Assembly: GCA_965216565.1 (NCBI GenBank)
Contig: OZ244170.1
Location: 2,912,001 to 2,976,000 of the forward strand
Direction of reading: 5' to 3'
DNA from: Bythopirellula sp.
Lineage (GTDB): Bacteria; Planctomycetota; Planctomycetia; Pirellulales; Lacipirellulaceae
DNA length: 64,000 bases
Part shown: piece after piece, positions 19,925-30,546 of the stretch
Numbering within the stretch: position 1 is the stretch's first letter
How the letters are laid out: each line of letters begins with the position of its first letter
Notes under the pieces: generated by a model
What the model saw: only the letters and a program-made list of their open reading frames with translations
What the model was told of the DNA's origin: nothing
Database searches by the model: none
Made by a program: the position numbers and the translations under genes

Positions 19925-21835
19925 TCACCGATCGAGCTTTTGCTTCACCAACCACTGAAGAATCGCCCGCTGTACATAAGCGGGTTGGCGGGCGATGATG
20001 GTGCCGCTATGCGAATCAAACAAGAGCGTGGCTTGATCGTTGCTGGCGCCTGTCACTGTCGCGAGGTGGTTTGCCAGTGCTTTGACCACCTGCTGACCAT
20101 CGGCAGCAGAGTTTGCATTCAGCGGGTAAAGTTCCAACTGGTAATCACGCGCAAACTGCTCGGCGGTGGAGATCTCAATCGTGCCTCCAAAGGAGACTCG
20201 CCAGTCGAGACCCAACGGTTCGAGCACTTCGTCGAGCGCCTGTTGCCAATTGCGATCACTCACCGCACACACGATGGTGGCCTCGGGCCACAGATCGAGC
20301 TCCGCCAGCGCGACCCAATCGACCAGGATGGGCACATCGAGTTCACGCTGCCAGTGTTGCACGACTTCCGCAAGCGGAGTTTCATTGGAAAACGTGAATA
20401 GCGCCGGTCCTGTCAGCCGAGCCGCCATCGCCGCGTGCAGGGGCGTCGGTGCTAGCCGCTCCACCGGGAAGCGGCTGCGTGTGAGTCGCCCATTGACCAG
20501 CCGTAGTCGTTCGAGGAACACCAACAATTCGTAATGAACTGGTTGCGATTGAGTGACGACCAACGAGTTCCCATCGAGTTCCACAGTGGCGACACCCCAA
20601 CTCTCGGGAGCGACGAGTTGTTTGACAAGGTAAATCAACGTCTCGCCGTCTTCTGCGGAATCGACCAAATCGTCGAGAGGGTATTCGATCTCCCGCGTCT
20701 GCTCTGAGTTCTTACGCGTAACTACCACGTGCGGGCCACGATATTGATGCTCAAGTTTCAAGCTTGCCAACACTTCGGCGAGCGCGGCATCGAGCGTTAC
20801 GTCGGTTGCATCAATCGAAACCCGCTGTCGTCCGGAAATGCCGGCCATCAGCAAATGCTCGGCGTCGACACTTACCGGCACGCCGGCTAGCTGCGAAGCG
20901 AGCTGCAAGAATTCAACCAGTGGCATCTCGCGGACCTGAATCCCTGGCAGCTTACGGGCGAACTGCTCGCGGGCGATTCGCGTTGCAGCCCCGTCGTCCG
21001 GCAGTTTCCCTCGCCGCACAAGTGGCAGGGTCGTCGATTGCGGTTCCGGCGCATTGCCGGCTTGCACATTGCCCACCTGCGGACGCGGCGGCATTTTGAT
21101 TTTGGGCTCCGGGGATTCCGGCTCGGTATCGCTGAGGGTCTCCAGGTCGAGCGACTCGGGGTCGAAGTCCAGTGCGTTGAACTGGCGGCCATTCGCCGGC
21201 TCAATCTTCTCACGGCTAGCTACTTTCGGAACTTCGGATGCCGATGGTTCACTGGGTGTGGATGTTGGCTCTGATTGTTCGCTAAGCGATGCATCTGCTT
21301 GGGGTGTGGTTGGATTATCTGGTAGAGCTGGTTCGCTCTCAGCTGGATTGGTTGGCAGCTTTGCATCAGGTGCTGCTGGTGCGGCCTCTAACTCATGTCG
21401 AACAACCGGCTGTTGGCTTTTTTCTTGAACGATGTTTTCTTGAGCAATGGTTTCTGGGGGTGCTGCCGGCGTAGTTTCTGGCTTGGTTTCAGAATCTGGA
21501 ATCGTCGCTTGGACAGACGCAACCTGTTGCGGGTCGACTTCAGAATCCCCGGGCCAGAAGGCGACCGCGGCGATTGCCAGCACCCCAAGTACTAATATTC
21601 CACCGGCAAGGGCTACGACTGGAAAAGCGGAGGCAGCTTGATCGGCTCCCACAACGAGCGGCGTTTCAGAAGGGGGCGAAGTTTCAGCACCCTCCTTCGG
21701 TGCCGCTTCTGCGGGAGAATGCACTTCAACCATGCTCCCGCAACGGGGGCAAGCGATGATCTGTCCGACGATCGACTCGCTGCGCACCGAGAGCGCAGCC
21801 TGACACGTCACACAGTTGATCTTGAATGGTTCCAC
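19925..21835 (-). CDS. Zn-ribbon + TM + Pro-rich linker protein with C-terminal STN/secretin-N-like repeats
   Basis: CVTC..CPRCG N-terminus, one TM helix, PLVEFLQ..AGVPVSVD and PLAEVVQ..LDVPILVDW repeats. Confidence 0.6.
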   Translation of the reverse strand: MEPFKINCVTCQAALSVRSESIVGQIIACPRCGSMVEVHSPAEAAPKEGAETSPPSETPLVVGADQAASAFPVVALAGGILVLGVLAIAAVAFWPGDSEVDPQQVASVQATIPDSETKPETTPAAPPETIAQENIVQEKSQQPVVRHELEAAPAAPDAKLPTNPAESEPALPDNPTTPQADASLSEQSEPTSTPSEPSASEVPKVASREKIEPANGRQFNALDFDPESLDLETLSDTEPESPEPKIKMPPRPQVGNVQAGNAPEPQSTTLPLVRRGKLPDDGAATRIAREQFARKLPGIQVREMPLVEFLQLASQLAGVPVSVDAEHLLMAGISGRQRVSIDATDVTLDAALAEVLASLKLEHQYRGPHVVVTRKNSEQTREIEYPLDDLVDSAEDGETLIYLVKQLVAPESWGVATVELDGNSLVVTQSQPVHYELLVFLERLRLVNGRLTRSRFPVERLAPTPLHAAMAARLTGPALFTFSNETPLAEVVQHWQRELDVPILVDWVALAELDLWPEATIVCAVSDRNWQQALDEVLEPLGLDWRVSFGGTIEISTAEQFARDYQLELYPLNANSAADGQQVVKALANHLATVTGASNDQATLLFDSHSGTIIARQPAYVQRAILQWLVKQKLDR

Positions 21836-21919
21836 TTGAATTTAGCGCCGTACGGGTCGCTGCCTGGTCATCGAATCTCGAACTCGATGACTGTTCTGAT
21901 TTAATTCCATTATAGCCAG

Positions 21920-23485
21920 TTACTCAGTTTGGGGGACAAACACTTCTGGCAAAGCGTCACCCCGTTTTTCTGCCGCCGTGCGTGTCGTCACAACGATTAC
22001 GCCGGTCGGGCTATCTGTATCTCGCAGGACGTATACCAATTTTTGCTTTGTATCGGACAAACTCTCAGCAGTGCGATCTGGATTCGCCTGGGCCAGAATT
22101 GCTTGCAGGATCTCACTCGCGGGGAGGTCGCGGAGGTCCATCCCAAAAGATTGGTTCTTTGTGATCCCCTCTAATTGTAGGTCACGCCCGGCGATCTCGA
22201 TTTTGGCCCCAATATCCTCGGAAAGCAGAGCCAGGGCCTGCTCCAACGTGTCTTTGGCGAACGACATCGAAGTGACTATGGTGAGTTTTTCACGCAACGT
22301 TTTTGGCGATGCGCTAGGATCAGAAACAAGTTCCCCTTCGTTGGGCAATGACAGCAATAGCTCGCTAGCCATCAAGAAATTGTGCCCCGCGGCCACAGGC
22401 AGGTAGCACCGCAGCACGCTCACACCCTCGACCTCTCCACTGCGTGCGTAACTACCCAAGAGATTGAGCATGGCAGGAAATCGCTCGACGATCTCTCGTC
22501 CATGGGGATGAACCGGCTCCGACGAAATTGCAGTTTCCAGCTTGGCCGACGCATTGGGTATCCAAGCGGCAAGTTTCGCCCCAAACCGATGTGCGCGGAC
22601 GCTGAGTGCGACACTCGATTGAAGTTCCAAAAAGAAATGGTCGCCCCAATGCGCGCTCAGCGCAACCCCCATGGCATCGTCCCCGGCAATCTTAGCGACG
22701 AGTTCGCTCAGTCCCTCGGCATCGCCCTCCAAAAGCTTATGCCCTTCGGTCTTGAGAAAACGCGTTGGAAACACCAGCGTTGCCGTTCGTTCGTCATCGG
22801 TGCGGTCCAGCAATCGTTGCATGTCGCGCGGAAACAAGGCGGGCTCGCTGCCATACTTCTCCAAGTCAGCGCGGTCTTCCTGATGGCAACAAACCAAGAT
22901 GCGCTTACCGGTCGACTCCGCTAGGAAACAAACATAGCCATCCGCGCTAGTTTCATCAGACGGTAGGGATGTGGCGGTGGTTGGCTCGATTCGTAACGTC
23001 GTGTGCAAATCTCCGCGTACCGTGGAATGCACGGCGACCGTCAACGATTCGATTTCCTCTGGCTGCAGACCGGTTCGCTCGGTCAACCGTTGCACGGCAC
23101 TCTCGCCCCACGGCCCCAGCGCGGCCATGATCTTTTCGGCTTCAGGATGGTCGTTAAGCTCCGCCATTCGCAAGTGGAGTATCAATTGCGTACCTGCGGG
23201 GATGTAGGTCAGTGCAAGCGGTTGTCCCACGGTGGGCGAAACCCACAATGTCTTCCCATCGTCTGCGATTGCCGCCGGAGCTACTGCGTCTCGCTCGATC
23301 GTTTGCTCTGCGGATTGCTCCGCAACTGTTTCGTTCGCGGCAGCTTCCACCTCGGCAGCAGAGTCTGTCTGACTCTCTTTCTGGGAGACATTTTGTGAAG
23401 ACTCTTCTTTCGAGCAGCCTGCCAGAAGCAGCATCGCGCCAAGTAGAGAACTGCAGATTGCAAACGAAATGGGGTTTTGCGTCAT
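21920..23485 (-). CDS. Putative lipoprotein with C-terminal STN-like domain
   Basis: Lipobox LLAGC; C-terminal TLEQALALLSEDIG..LQLEGITKNQSF; start uncertain (23485 or 23500). Confidence 0.6.
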   Translation of the reverse strand: MTQNPISFAICSSLLGAMLLLAGCSKEESSQNVSQKESQTDSAAEVEAAANETVAEQSAEQTIERDAVAPAAIADDGKTLWVSPTVGQPLALTYIPAGTQLILHLRMAELNDHPEAEKIMAALGPWGESAVQRLTERTGLQPEEIESLTVAVHSTVRGDLHTTLRIEPTTATSLPSDETSADGYVCFLAESTGKRILVCCHQEDRADLEKYGSEPALFPRDMQRLLDRTDDERTATLVFPTRFLKTEGHKLLEGDAEGLSELVAKIAGDDAMGVALSAHWGDHFFLELQSSVALSVRAHRFGAKLAAWIPNASAKLETAISSEPVHPHGREIVERFPAMLNLLGSYARSGEVEGVSVLRCYLPVAAGHNFLMASELLLSLPNEGELVSDPSASPKTLREKLTIVTSMSFAKDTLEQALALLSEDIGAKIEIAGRDLQLEGITKNQSFGMDLRDLPASEILQAILAQANPDRTAESLSDTKQKLVYVLRDTDSPTGVIVVTTRTAAEKRGDALPEVFVPQTE

Positions 23486-23625
23486 TTGGCTCTCTCTCAT
23501 CCGTGTATTTTCGAGTCCTCGGTTCCTGTCGCTAGCCTGCTGTTGTTCGCCAAGCTGCCAAAACGTATCATCCACGCCAATGGAGACTCAAGCATCCTTC
23601 CTAGTCTACTGGCGAAGAGACAATT

Positions 23626-24861
23626 ATGAAATCGTTCGAGGCGGTGAAGCATTATTTCCATCTGGCAGCCGATCAATTGGAGTTTAGCGACGAAGTTCGA
23701 ACTCTGCTGCTCACTTCCAAGCGTGAAGTCCGGGTGCAGATTGCCGTGGAAATGGATAACGGCGAACTTAATACTTTGATTGGCTACCGCGTGCAGCATG
23801 ACAATGCCCGAGGGCCGATGAAAGGTGGCTTGCGTTATCACCACGAAGTCGACCTCGACGAAGTCCGTAGCTTGGCCTCGCTGATGACGTGGAAGACGGC
23901 CGTCGTCAATATTCCTTACGGCGGCGCCAAAGGCGGAGTGGCCGTCAACGCACGCGAACTCAGCCTACGGGAGATGGAACGTATTACGCGCAAGTTTGTC
24001 GACGAAATTCACGACATCATCGGCCCCGATGTCGACATCCCCGCTCCCGACATGGGCACCAATGCCGAGGTGATGGCGTGGATTATGAATCAGCACAATA
24101 AATATTATGGGTTCAATCCCGGGGTGGTCACCGGCAAACCGGTCGAGTATTACGGCATCCCCGGTCGCGAAGAAGCCACCGGCCGGGGCGTGGGCATCCT
24201 GGCATTAAAGACGCTCCAACGCTTGGGGCGCAAGCCTCAGGAAACTCGCGTCGCGATCCAGGGCTTCGGTAACGTCGGCTCGCACGCGGCAAAATTCTTG
24301 CACGAGACAGAATGCAAGATCGTCGCCATCAGCGATGTCACCGGCGGGTACTATCGACGCGACGGTATCAACGTGATGGAAGCCATCCGTCATGCGAATG
24401 CCAACAATCGTTCCCTCGGCGGCTTTGTGGGCACCGAGAAAATCACCAACGAAGAACTTTTGCAGCTCGACGTCGATCTGCTCGTCCCCGCGGCCCTAGG
24501 CGGAGTGATTCACGAGGAAAATGCACCGAAGATTCAAGCCCAAGTCGTCATCGAAGCTGCCAACGCGCCGGTGCGGCCCGAAGCCGACGAGATTCTCCAC
24601 GAGAAGGAAGTCATCGTGCTGCCCGACATCCTGGCCAACGCGGGCGGCGTGACGGTGAGTTACTTTGAATGGGCCCAAAACCGTCAGCACTACAAATGGA
24701 GCCTCGACCGCGTCCGGCAAGAGCTAGACCGCCAGCTAACGACCGCGTTTGAAGAAGTGTGGACCATGGCCACCGAACGCGACGTCCCACTTCGCACCGC
24801 CGCCTTCATGATCGGCCTAGAACGCGTCCGCCGGGCGACGGTGTTGAGTGGGATGGTTTGA
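23626..24861 (+). CDS. gdhA: Glutamate dehydrogenase (Glu/Leu/Phe/Val family)
   Basis: RGPMKGGLRY, MTWKTA, PYGGAKGG, DIPAPD, QGFGNVG, NAGGVTVSYFEW. Confidence 0.93.
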   Translation: MKSFEAVKHYFHLAADQLEFSDEVRTLLLTSKREVRVQIAVEMDNGELNTLIGYRVQHDNARGPMKGGLRYHHEVDLDEVRSLASLMTWKTAVVNIPYGGAKGGVAVNARELSLREMERITRKFVDEIHDIIGPDVDIPAPDMGTNAEVMAWIMNQHNKYYGFNPGVVTGKPVEYYGIPGREEATGRGVGILALKTLQRLGRKPQETRVAIQGFGNVGSHAAKFLHETECKIVAISDVTGGYYRRDGINVMEAIRHANANNRSLGGFVGTEKITNEELLQLDVDLLVPAALGGVIHEENAPKIQAQVVIEAANAPVRPEADEILHEKEVIVLPDILANAGGVTVSYFEWAQNRQHYKWSLDRVRQELDRQLTTAFEEVWTMATERDVPLRTAAFMIGLERVRRATVLSGMV

Positions 24862-24915
24862 ACGCTCTTGAAGAGCCGTGGGCGGGGACGCCACGGCTCG
24901 CTCTAGACTTGGGTG

Positions 24916-24947
24916 GTAGGGTGCGTGCAGTGGCAACGGAACGCACC
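24916..24947 (+). repeat. GTAG-type REP (GTAGGGTGCGTGCAG..AACGCACC)
   Basis: Related copy in reverse orientation at 42762-42792. Confidence 0.75.
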
Positions 24948-24957
24948 GGAGAACACA

Positions 24958-26010
24958 TTAGTTCTGGTGCGTTACGCTTTGCTGAACACACGCCGCCACT
25001 TCTTCGCACTCTTCCAGCGTCACGTCCAAATGCGTCACCGCGCGGACGCGTTGCGGACCGATGGGTAGCATGCGTACGCCTTGCTCGGCGAGCTCCGCGC
25101 AGAACTGCTTCGCGGTGCCACGGTCTTCGGCAATATCGAAAATGACTATGTTCGTATCGACGGCGTCGTAAGCGAGCTGCAGGCCTTCGGTCTCCGTTAC
25201 CGCTTGGACAATCACCTGTGCCTTGGCGTGATCTTCGGCCAGACGCTTGACGTGGTGCTCCAGGGCATGGAGCGCACCGGCGGCAATGATGCCGGCCTGG
25301 CGCATGCCGCCGCCGAAGAGTTTGCGATGCCGGCGCGCCAGGTGGATCATCTCTTCCGTGCCACAGAGTGCCGAACCGACCGGAGCTCCCAGTCCTTTGC
25401 TGAAACAAATGCTCACCGTGTCGAAATGCTGGGCCCAGCGGTCCGCCGCGATCCCCGAGGCAACCACGGCATTGAACAGGCGGGCACCGTCTAAGTGTCG
25501 GGCGAGACCCTGCCCTGCGGCCCACTGGCAAATCGCTTCGACGCCTTCGTAGGGAAGCACCCGTCCGCCGCCACGGTTGCTGGTATTTTCCAAACAAACG
25601 AGTCGCGTCACGGGGCGGTGAACATCGTCGGGCTGAATTTTGTCTTGCAGTTGTTCCAGATGAATGATTCCGCCGCGTCCCGGGATGGGCTGCATCGACA
25701 AACCCGAGAGCTGGGCATGGCCCGCTTGTTCGTATTGAAGAATATGGCAATTTGCATCGCACAACACCTCGTCGCCGGGTCGGCAATGCACCCGCAAGGC
25801 AATCTGGTTGCTCATGCTGCCCGAGGGCACGAAGATCGCGGCCTGCTTGCCCAGCATCTCCGCCAAACACCGTTCCAACTTCAGCACGGTCGGATCTTCG
25901 CCAAACACGTCATCGCCCACCGGGGCGGCGGCCATGGCTTCGCGCATCGCGTCCGTGGGTCGGGTGACCGTATCGCTGGCTAAATCGATCCTGGGTGGGA
26001 CACCTTTCAA
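24958..26010 (-). CDS. ltaE: Low-specificity L-threonine aldolase
   Basis: IDLASDTVTRPT, VGDDVFGEDPT, HLDGARLFNA, FSKGLGAPVGS; probable TTG start at 26010 after GAGGG. Confidence 0.93.
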   Translation of the reverse strand: MKGVPPRIDLASDTVTRPTDAMREAMAAAPVGDDVFGEDPTVLKLERCLAEMLGKQAAIFVPSGSMSNQIALRVHCRPGDEVLCDANCHILQYEQAGHAQLSGLSMQPIPGRGGIIHLEQLQDKIQPDDVHRPVTRLVCLENTSNRGGGRVLPYEGVEAICQWAAGQGLARHLDGARLFNAVVASGIAADRWAQHFDTVSICFSKGLGAPVGSALCGTEEMIHLARRHRKLFGGGMRQAGIIAAGALHALEHHVKRLAEDHAKAQVIVQAVTETEGLQLAYDAVDTNIVIFDIAEDRGTAKQFCAELAEQGVRMLPIGPQRVRAVTHLDVTLEECEEVAACVQQSVTHQN

Positions 26011-26040
26011 TTTCTTACCCTCTACGAAACAATGAGGAAT

Positions 26041-26131
26041 AGTCGAGAGACGAGAGCCAAGAGGCGAGAGAAGTTCAACTCGCAAACTCAGGACTCTTGG
26101 CTCTGGACTCTAGACGCTCGCCTCTCAACTC
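26041..26131. repeat. Inverted heptamer-variant repeat element (CGAGAG / CTCTAG-type)
   Basis: AGTCGAGAGACGAGAGCCAAGAGGCGAGAG then CTCTTGGCTCTGGACTCTAGACGCTCGCCTCTCAACT, ending just upstream of the hisD ATG. Confidence 0.7.
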
Positions 26132-26143
26132 GAAACGCACACC

Positions 26144-27496
26144 ATGACTCTCGCCATCCAACGTATCGACACCTCCACGCCCGAGGCAAGCCAGCAAATC
26201 GAAGAGCTGCGCAAAAAGCTATCTCCCCAGGGAAATGTGGTGAGCGAAGCGGGGCGGCAGAAAACGATCGAGGTCTTTGGAGAACCGCTATCGCCCGTGG
26301 CGGCCGTCGAGCGAATCTGCGGCGAGGTTCGAGAGCAGGGGCTGGAAGCGGTGCTGGAGTACACGCAAAGGCTCGATGGGGCGGAACTCGATGCCGAGTC
26401 GATTCGCGTTTCGCCCGAGGAACTTGCCGCCGCCCACGAGGCAGCCGATGAGGCGTTTCTGGAAACTGTCCGCCGCATTCGCGAGAACGTTCTGCGATTC
26501 CAGCAAGCCATCTTGCACGAGGATGTATCGATCGAGGTGCCCGAGGGGGGCTATCTCCGGCAGCGCTATTTGCCCTTGGAGCGTGTCGGCATCTGTGTGC
26601 CCGGCGGTGCAGCTGCGTATCCTTCGACGGTGCTGATGACCGCCGTACCGGCACAAGCCGCGGGTGTTGATCAATTGGCGGTTGTCGCTCCCCCCACAAA
26701 ATTTGGTTCCTACAATCAAGATCTGCTAGCCACTTGTTACGAGTTGGGCATCGATGAAGTCTATCGCGTCGGTGGCGCTCAGGCAGTGGCCGCGCTCGCC
26801 TTTGGAGTGGAGGGCATTGCCAAGGTCGACAAGATCGTGGGCCCTGGCAACTTGTTTGTGGCCCTTGCCAAAAAGCAGATGTTCGGCACCGTCGACATCG
26901 ATTCGATCGCCGGCCCTAGCGAAGTGATTGTGATTGCCGACGAGAGTTGCCGACCAGACTTCACGGCACTCGATCTCATCGCTCAGGCTGAGCATGCCCC
27001 CGGCTCCAGTATTTTGATCACCTGGAGCGAGTCGCTTCTGGACAAGGTGGCTGCCGAACTGCCAAAGCAGCTTGCCTCGCTGGAACGTGGCGACTTGGCG
27101 CGGCAATCGCTCGAAGAATTCGGCGCGTTGATCTTGGTCGCAGACCGCGATGAAGCAGCGGAGCTGGCCAACCACCTAGCCACCGAGCACCTGCACATCG
27201 CCTGTGACGATGCAGAAGATTTGGTCGCTGCCATTCGTCATGCCGGCGCTGTGTTCGTTGGTCCCTTTAGCCCAGTGGCCCTTGGCGATTACGTGGCGGG
27301 CCCCTCGCATGTACTGCCCACCGGCGCTACGGCGCGTTTTGCCAGTGGATTGTCGTCCAACGATTTCCTCCGTGCCGGCAGCGTCATTCACTTCACTGCC
27401 GAGGGGCTCAAGTCGGTGGCAGACGAAGTGGAGCTGCTCTCCGGCAAAGAACAACTCACCGCCCACGGCAAGAGTGTGACAATCCGACGAATTTAG
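26144..27496 (+). CDS. hisD: Histidinol dehydrogenase
   Basis: VPGGAAAYPSTVLM, VGPGN, IDSIAGPSE, QAEH, GDYVAGPSHVLPT. Confidence 0.97.
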   Translation: MTLAIQRIDTSTPEASQQIEELRKKLSPQGNVVSEAGRQKTIEVFGEPLSPVAAVERICGEVREQGLEAVLEYTQRLDGAELDAESIRVSPEELAAAHEAADEAFLETVRRIRENVLRFQQAILHEDVSIEVPEGGYLRQRYLPLERVGICVPGGAAAYPSTVLMTAVPAQAAGVDQLAVVAPPTKFGSYNQDLLATCYELGIDEVYRVGGAQAVAALAFGVEGIAKVDKIVGPGNLFVALAKKQMFGTVDIDSIAGPSEVIVIADESCRPDFTALDLIAQAEHAPGSSILITWSESLLDKVAAELPKQLASLERGDLARQSLEEFGALILVADRDEAAELANHLATEHLHIACDDAEDLVAAIRHAGAVFVGPFSPVALGDYVAGPSHVLPTGATARFASGLSSNDFLRAGSVIHFTAEGLKSVADEVELLSGKEQLTAHGKSVTIRRI

Positions 27497-27507
27497 ATTT
27501 CGATTTA

Positions 27508-27572
27508 GACAGGATGACGGGATGAAAAGAAAAGTTTATTCCTGTAAATCCTGCAAATCTTGTCATCCTGTC
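27508..27572. repeat. Inverted short-repeat element (CAGGAT / ATCCTG-type)
   Basis: GACAGGATGACGGGAT and ATCTTGTCATCCTGTC, with extra (T/A)TCCTG units, between hisD and hisC. Confidence 0.75.
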
Positions 27573-27595
27573 CCTACAAAAAAGCCATCCATTTC

Positions 27596-28645
27596 ATGAA
27601 ATACTTCCGCGAAAACGTCGTCGCCATGCGAGGTTATGTCCCTGGGGAACAGCCGCAGACGGGCGACATCATCAAGCTCAACACCAACGAGAATCCGTAT
27701 CCCTGCTCGCCGAAGGTGAAAGCCGAGATCGGCCGTGCTATTCAAAGAGGCCTGCAGAAGTACCCCGATCCCGCTGCCACGGACTTTCGCAACGCAGCGA
27801 GTAAGTTGCTCAACATTCCTCTCGACTGGATCCTCTGCGGCAACGGCAGCGACGACCTGCTGACGATCATCACCCGGGCGATGGTCTCGCCGGGCGATTC
27901 AATTCGTTTCGCCCAACCCAGCTATGTGCTCTATAAAACCTTGGCCGAGATTCAGGGGGCCAAGTGCGACGTGGTGAGCTATCAGCCCGATTGGTCATTG
28001 GGCGACGGTTTCATCAAGCCGAGCGATTCGCTCCGGCTCGCGTACCTGGCCAATCCCAATAGTCCGTCGGGGACGATCATCCCACCGGATGAAGTCGCGA
28101 GAATCGCGGATGCCCTGCCCTGCCCGCTACTGGTGGACGAAGCCTATGGCGACTTTGCCTCGGTGAATTGTTTGGATCTGGTGGCAACCAGCGAGAAGAT
28201 TATGGTCTCGCGAACGTTGAGCAAGTCCTATTCGCTTGCCGGTTTGCGTTTCGGCTATTTAGTCGCCCAGCCGCAGATCATCGAGCAACTCGCCAAGGTA
28301 AAAGATTCCTACAACTGCGATGCCCTCTCGATTGCCGGTGCCACCGCGGCGCTCGGCGATCAAGATTGGTTCCAGGAGACTCGTACCAACATTCTCAACA
28401 CGCGAGCCTTTCTGCTGGAGAAACTTCGTGGGCTCGGATTCGAATGCGTCGATTCCGAGGCCAACTTCGTGTGGTGCCAGCATCCGCAGCATGCCTCACA
28501 AGAGATTTACGAGTCTCTCAAATCTTCCCAGATTCTCGTCCGCTACATGAACTATCCCGACTGGGGAGATGGCCTACGCATCACGGTGGGCACGGACGAG
28601 CAAATCGAAGTCCTGCTAAATCAACTTGCGAAGCATCTTCAATGA
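27596..28645 (+). CDS. hisC: Histidinol-phosphate aminotransferase
   Basis: KLNTNENPY, NGSDD, NPNSPSG, DEAY, RTLSKSYSLAGLRFG; ATG at 27596. Confidence 0.96.
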   Translation: MKYFRENVVAMRGYVPGEQPQTGDIIKLNTNENPYPCSPKVKAEIGRAIQRGLQKYPDPAATDFRNAASKLLNIPLDWILCGNGSDDLLTIITRAMVSPGDSIRFAQPSYVLYKTLAEIQGAKCDVVSYQPDWSLGDGFIKPSDSLRLAYLANPNSPSGTIIPPDEVARIADALPCPLLVDEAYGDFASVNCLDLVATSEKIMVSRTLSKSYSLAGLRFGYLVAQPQIIEQLAKVKDSYNCDALSIAGATAALGDQDWFQETRTNILNTRAFLLEKLRGLGFECVDSEANFVWCQHPQHASQEIYESLKSSQILVRYMNYPDWGDGLRITVGTDEQIEVLLNQLAKHLQ

Positions 28646-28827
28646 GTGCTAGCAGCACCATCGGGGAAAGCTAGGGAACTCCTGCGGGTCGCGAAAAGGT
28701 CGCTGATTCTCTGCTGGCGGAACGACCGATGCAACCGGTATGAACTGCGCGGATCGATATCTGCGCATTGTTGCGTGCTGATGCAATGATCAGCACGCAT
28801 TCCTGGCTGAAATACCGTGAGCTTACT

Positions 28828-30063
28828 GTGCTAAACGGCCTTCGCATCTTGTTTGTATTCGCACTACTAGGCTGTGTTCTGCAATCAGCTCACGCTGAAG
28901 ATCTGCGAGCGCTGCCGCGGCCCTTGCCGGAAGCGCAAGAGAAAACACTGCCCACCGTTACGCCGGTGAGTTTGATCGAAGAAGATTATTCGCAGCAAGT
29001 GGCGGCCATGCGGGACGACCCGATGCTGTGGCAGCAATATCAGGCCCTGCAAGCTGGTGGCCCGGTCAACCAAACTGGTGGCGGATGTGGCTGTGGGAAT
29101 GCCGGCTACGACCGTTGCGGCTGCAATCCGGAAGTGTTTCCCTGGATCGATGGGCCAGGATCGTGCGATGCCTGGTGCGTCGGCCCACGATGGGCTATTG
29201 AAGCAGATGGGCTTTTTCTGTTCCGCGACGATGCCAATTGGAACGGTGTCGCCGCTGACTTAGGCGTTGTGCCTACCTTAGTCGATCAATTCGATCACGC
29301 CCTCGGCGGGCGGCTGTTTGCCACTGCTTATAACGAATACGGCTACGGACTGCAGATCGGCTACGAGGGAGCCAACGATTGGAACGGTACGTTCCTATTT
29401 GAACCCGATGCCACCAGCGATCGGACGCTGAATTACGAAACACGGCTGAATTCCTTAGAAATCAACTTTCTTCCGAGAGTCCCGTTTCTCTGGAAATTCT
29501 ATTCCGGGTTTCGCTACATCGAAATCGACGAGAACCTCTACGACACAACGGTTGTCGACAAGCCGATCCCTCCCCCGGTGAGTGGCGGAACTGCAGCAGC
29601 TCCCTTTGTGGACAACGGCAACAACTTCCTTCTGGAAAATCGGCTTATTGGTTTCCAGTTGGGCGGGCGGCGAGACAGCTGGCAATTAGGTAGGTGGATA
29701 TCGATCGATACGTTCGCCAACGCGGGCGTCTATTGCAATAAGTTCAAGCGCGATGACGTCACCGTCACCCGCACGACGATCATCACTGGTGAAGATCTCG
29801 ATACCCCGGAACAGGAATTCGACATCACGACGACCGAGGTACAGACCCGCGTCCGCCGAGACTTCGCAGATGTCGCCTTTGCCGGCGAAGCAGGCATCAG
29901 CGCCGTGGCACGCCTCAATCAGTGCCTGTCCCTCCGGGGCGGCTATCAGGTCATGGTTGTCGATGGCATGGGCGAAGCCCTCGATGCGTTTTCGACGCCA
30001 CAACTCGTCACATCTACCGTGCTCTATCACGGACTGCAATTCGGCCTGGAATACCGCAGATAA
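28828..30063 (+). CDS. Planctomycete outer-membrane beta-barrel protein (BBP7-like)
   Basis: Signal peptide, Cys/Gly-rich segment, alternating beta strands, GFRY, C-terminal LQFGLEYRR; start uncertain. Confidence 0.65.
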   Translation: MLNGLRILFVFALLGCVLQSAHAEDLRALPRPLPEAQEKTLPTVTPVSLIEEDYSQQVAAMRDDPMLWQQYQALQAGGPVNQTGGGCGCGNAGYDRCGCNPEVFPWIDGPGSCDAWCVGPRWAIEADGLFLFRDDANWNGVAADLGVVPTLVDQFDHALGGRLFATAYNEYGYGLQIGYEGANDWNGTFLFEPDATSDRTLNYETRLNSLEINFLPRVPFLWKFYSGFRYIEIDENLYDTTVVDKPIPPPVSGGTAAAPFVDNGNNFLLENRLIGFQLGGRRDSWQLGRWISIDTFANAGVYCNKFKRDDVTVTRTTIITGEDLDTPEQEFDITTTEVQTRVRRDFADVAFAGEAGISAVARLNQCLSLRGGYQVMVVDGMGEALDAFSTPQLVTSTVLYHGLQFGLEYRR

Positions 30064-30170
30064 TTCGACCCTTCTAGGTCTCTAGGTAGCAATTCTCAGA
30101 CGCAAAGCGCTCTCTCACCTCGCCCCGGCGTGTCGCCTTAGGAGACCCGAGGCCTGCTGAGGGTCTTGCC

Positions 30171-30199
30171 AGATTCCTCGACAGACCTCGGAATGACAG
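30171..30199 (-). repeat. REP-like CTGTCATTCCGAGG element, copy 2
   Basis: Reverse complement reads CTGTCATTCCGAGGTCTGTCGAGGAATCT. Confidence 0.8.
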
Positions 30200-30546
30200 T
30201 TACCGACGTAGCTGTACTGACGTAGCTGAGTGAATCGATAGAACTCACCATAATTTAGGTTGTCCGATTGGCCGGGTTCCACCGTTTATAGCTCTGGGAA
30301 CTGCTGCGCGCTTGCTCAGCTTGGGGTCGTGCCGATCGTAACGATCGTGATCTATGGCAGCGTTGAGTTTTTGCAACTTCTCTCGTTATTTGGCGTTGCG
30401 TTTACGCATCACGTCCTAAGTTTTTACATACGGCAAATTGCGCCCCCACCCGCCAACTAGCGGCACCCTCCCCCCACCTGAAGCCTCCCCCCTCCCCCAC
30501 TGTGCTAGGAATGCGAATCATGAGCGGCATACTCTCGACGGACCCG

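Noticed and set aside
24806..25870. 354-aa minus-strand ORF
   Set aside because: An Arg-rich off-frame shadow of ltaE, typical of GC-rich DNA.
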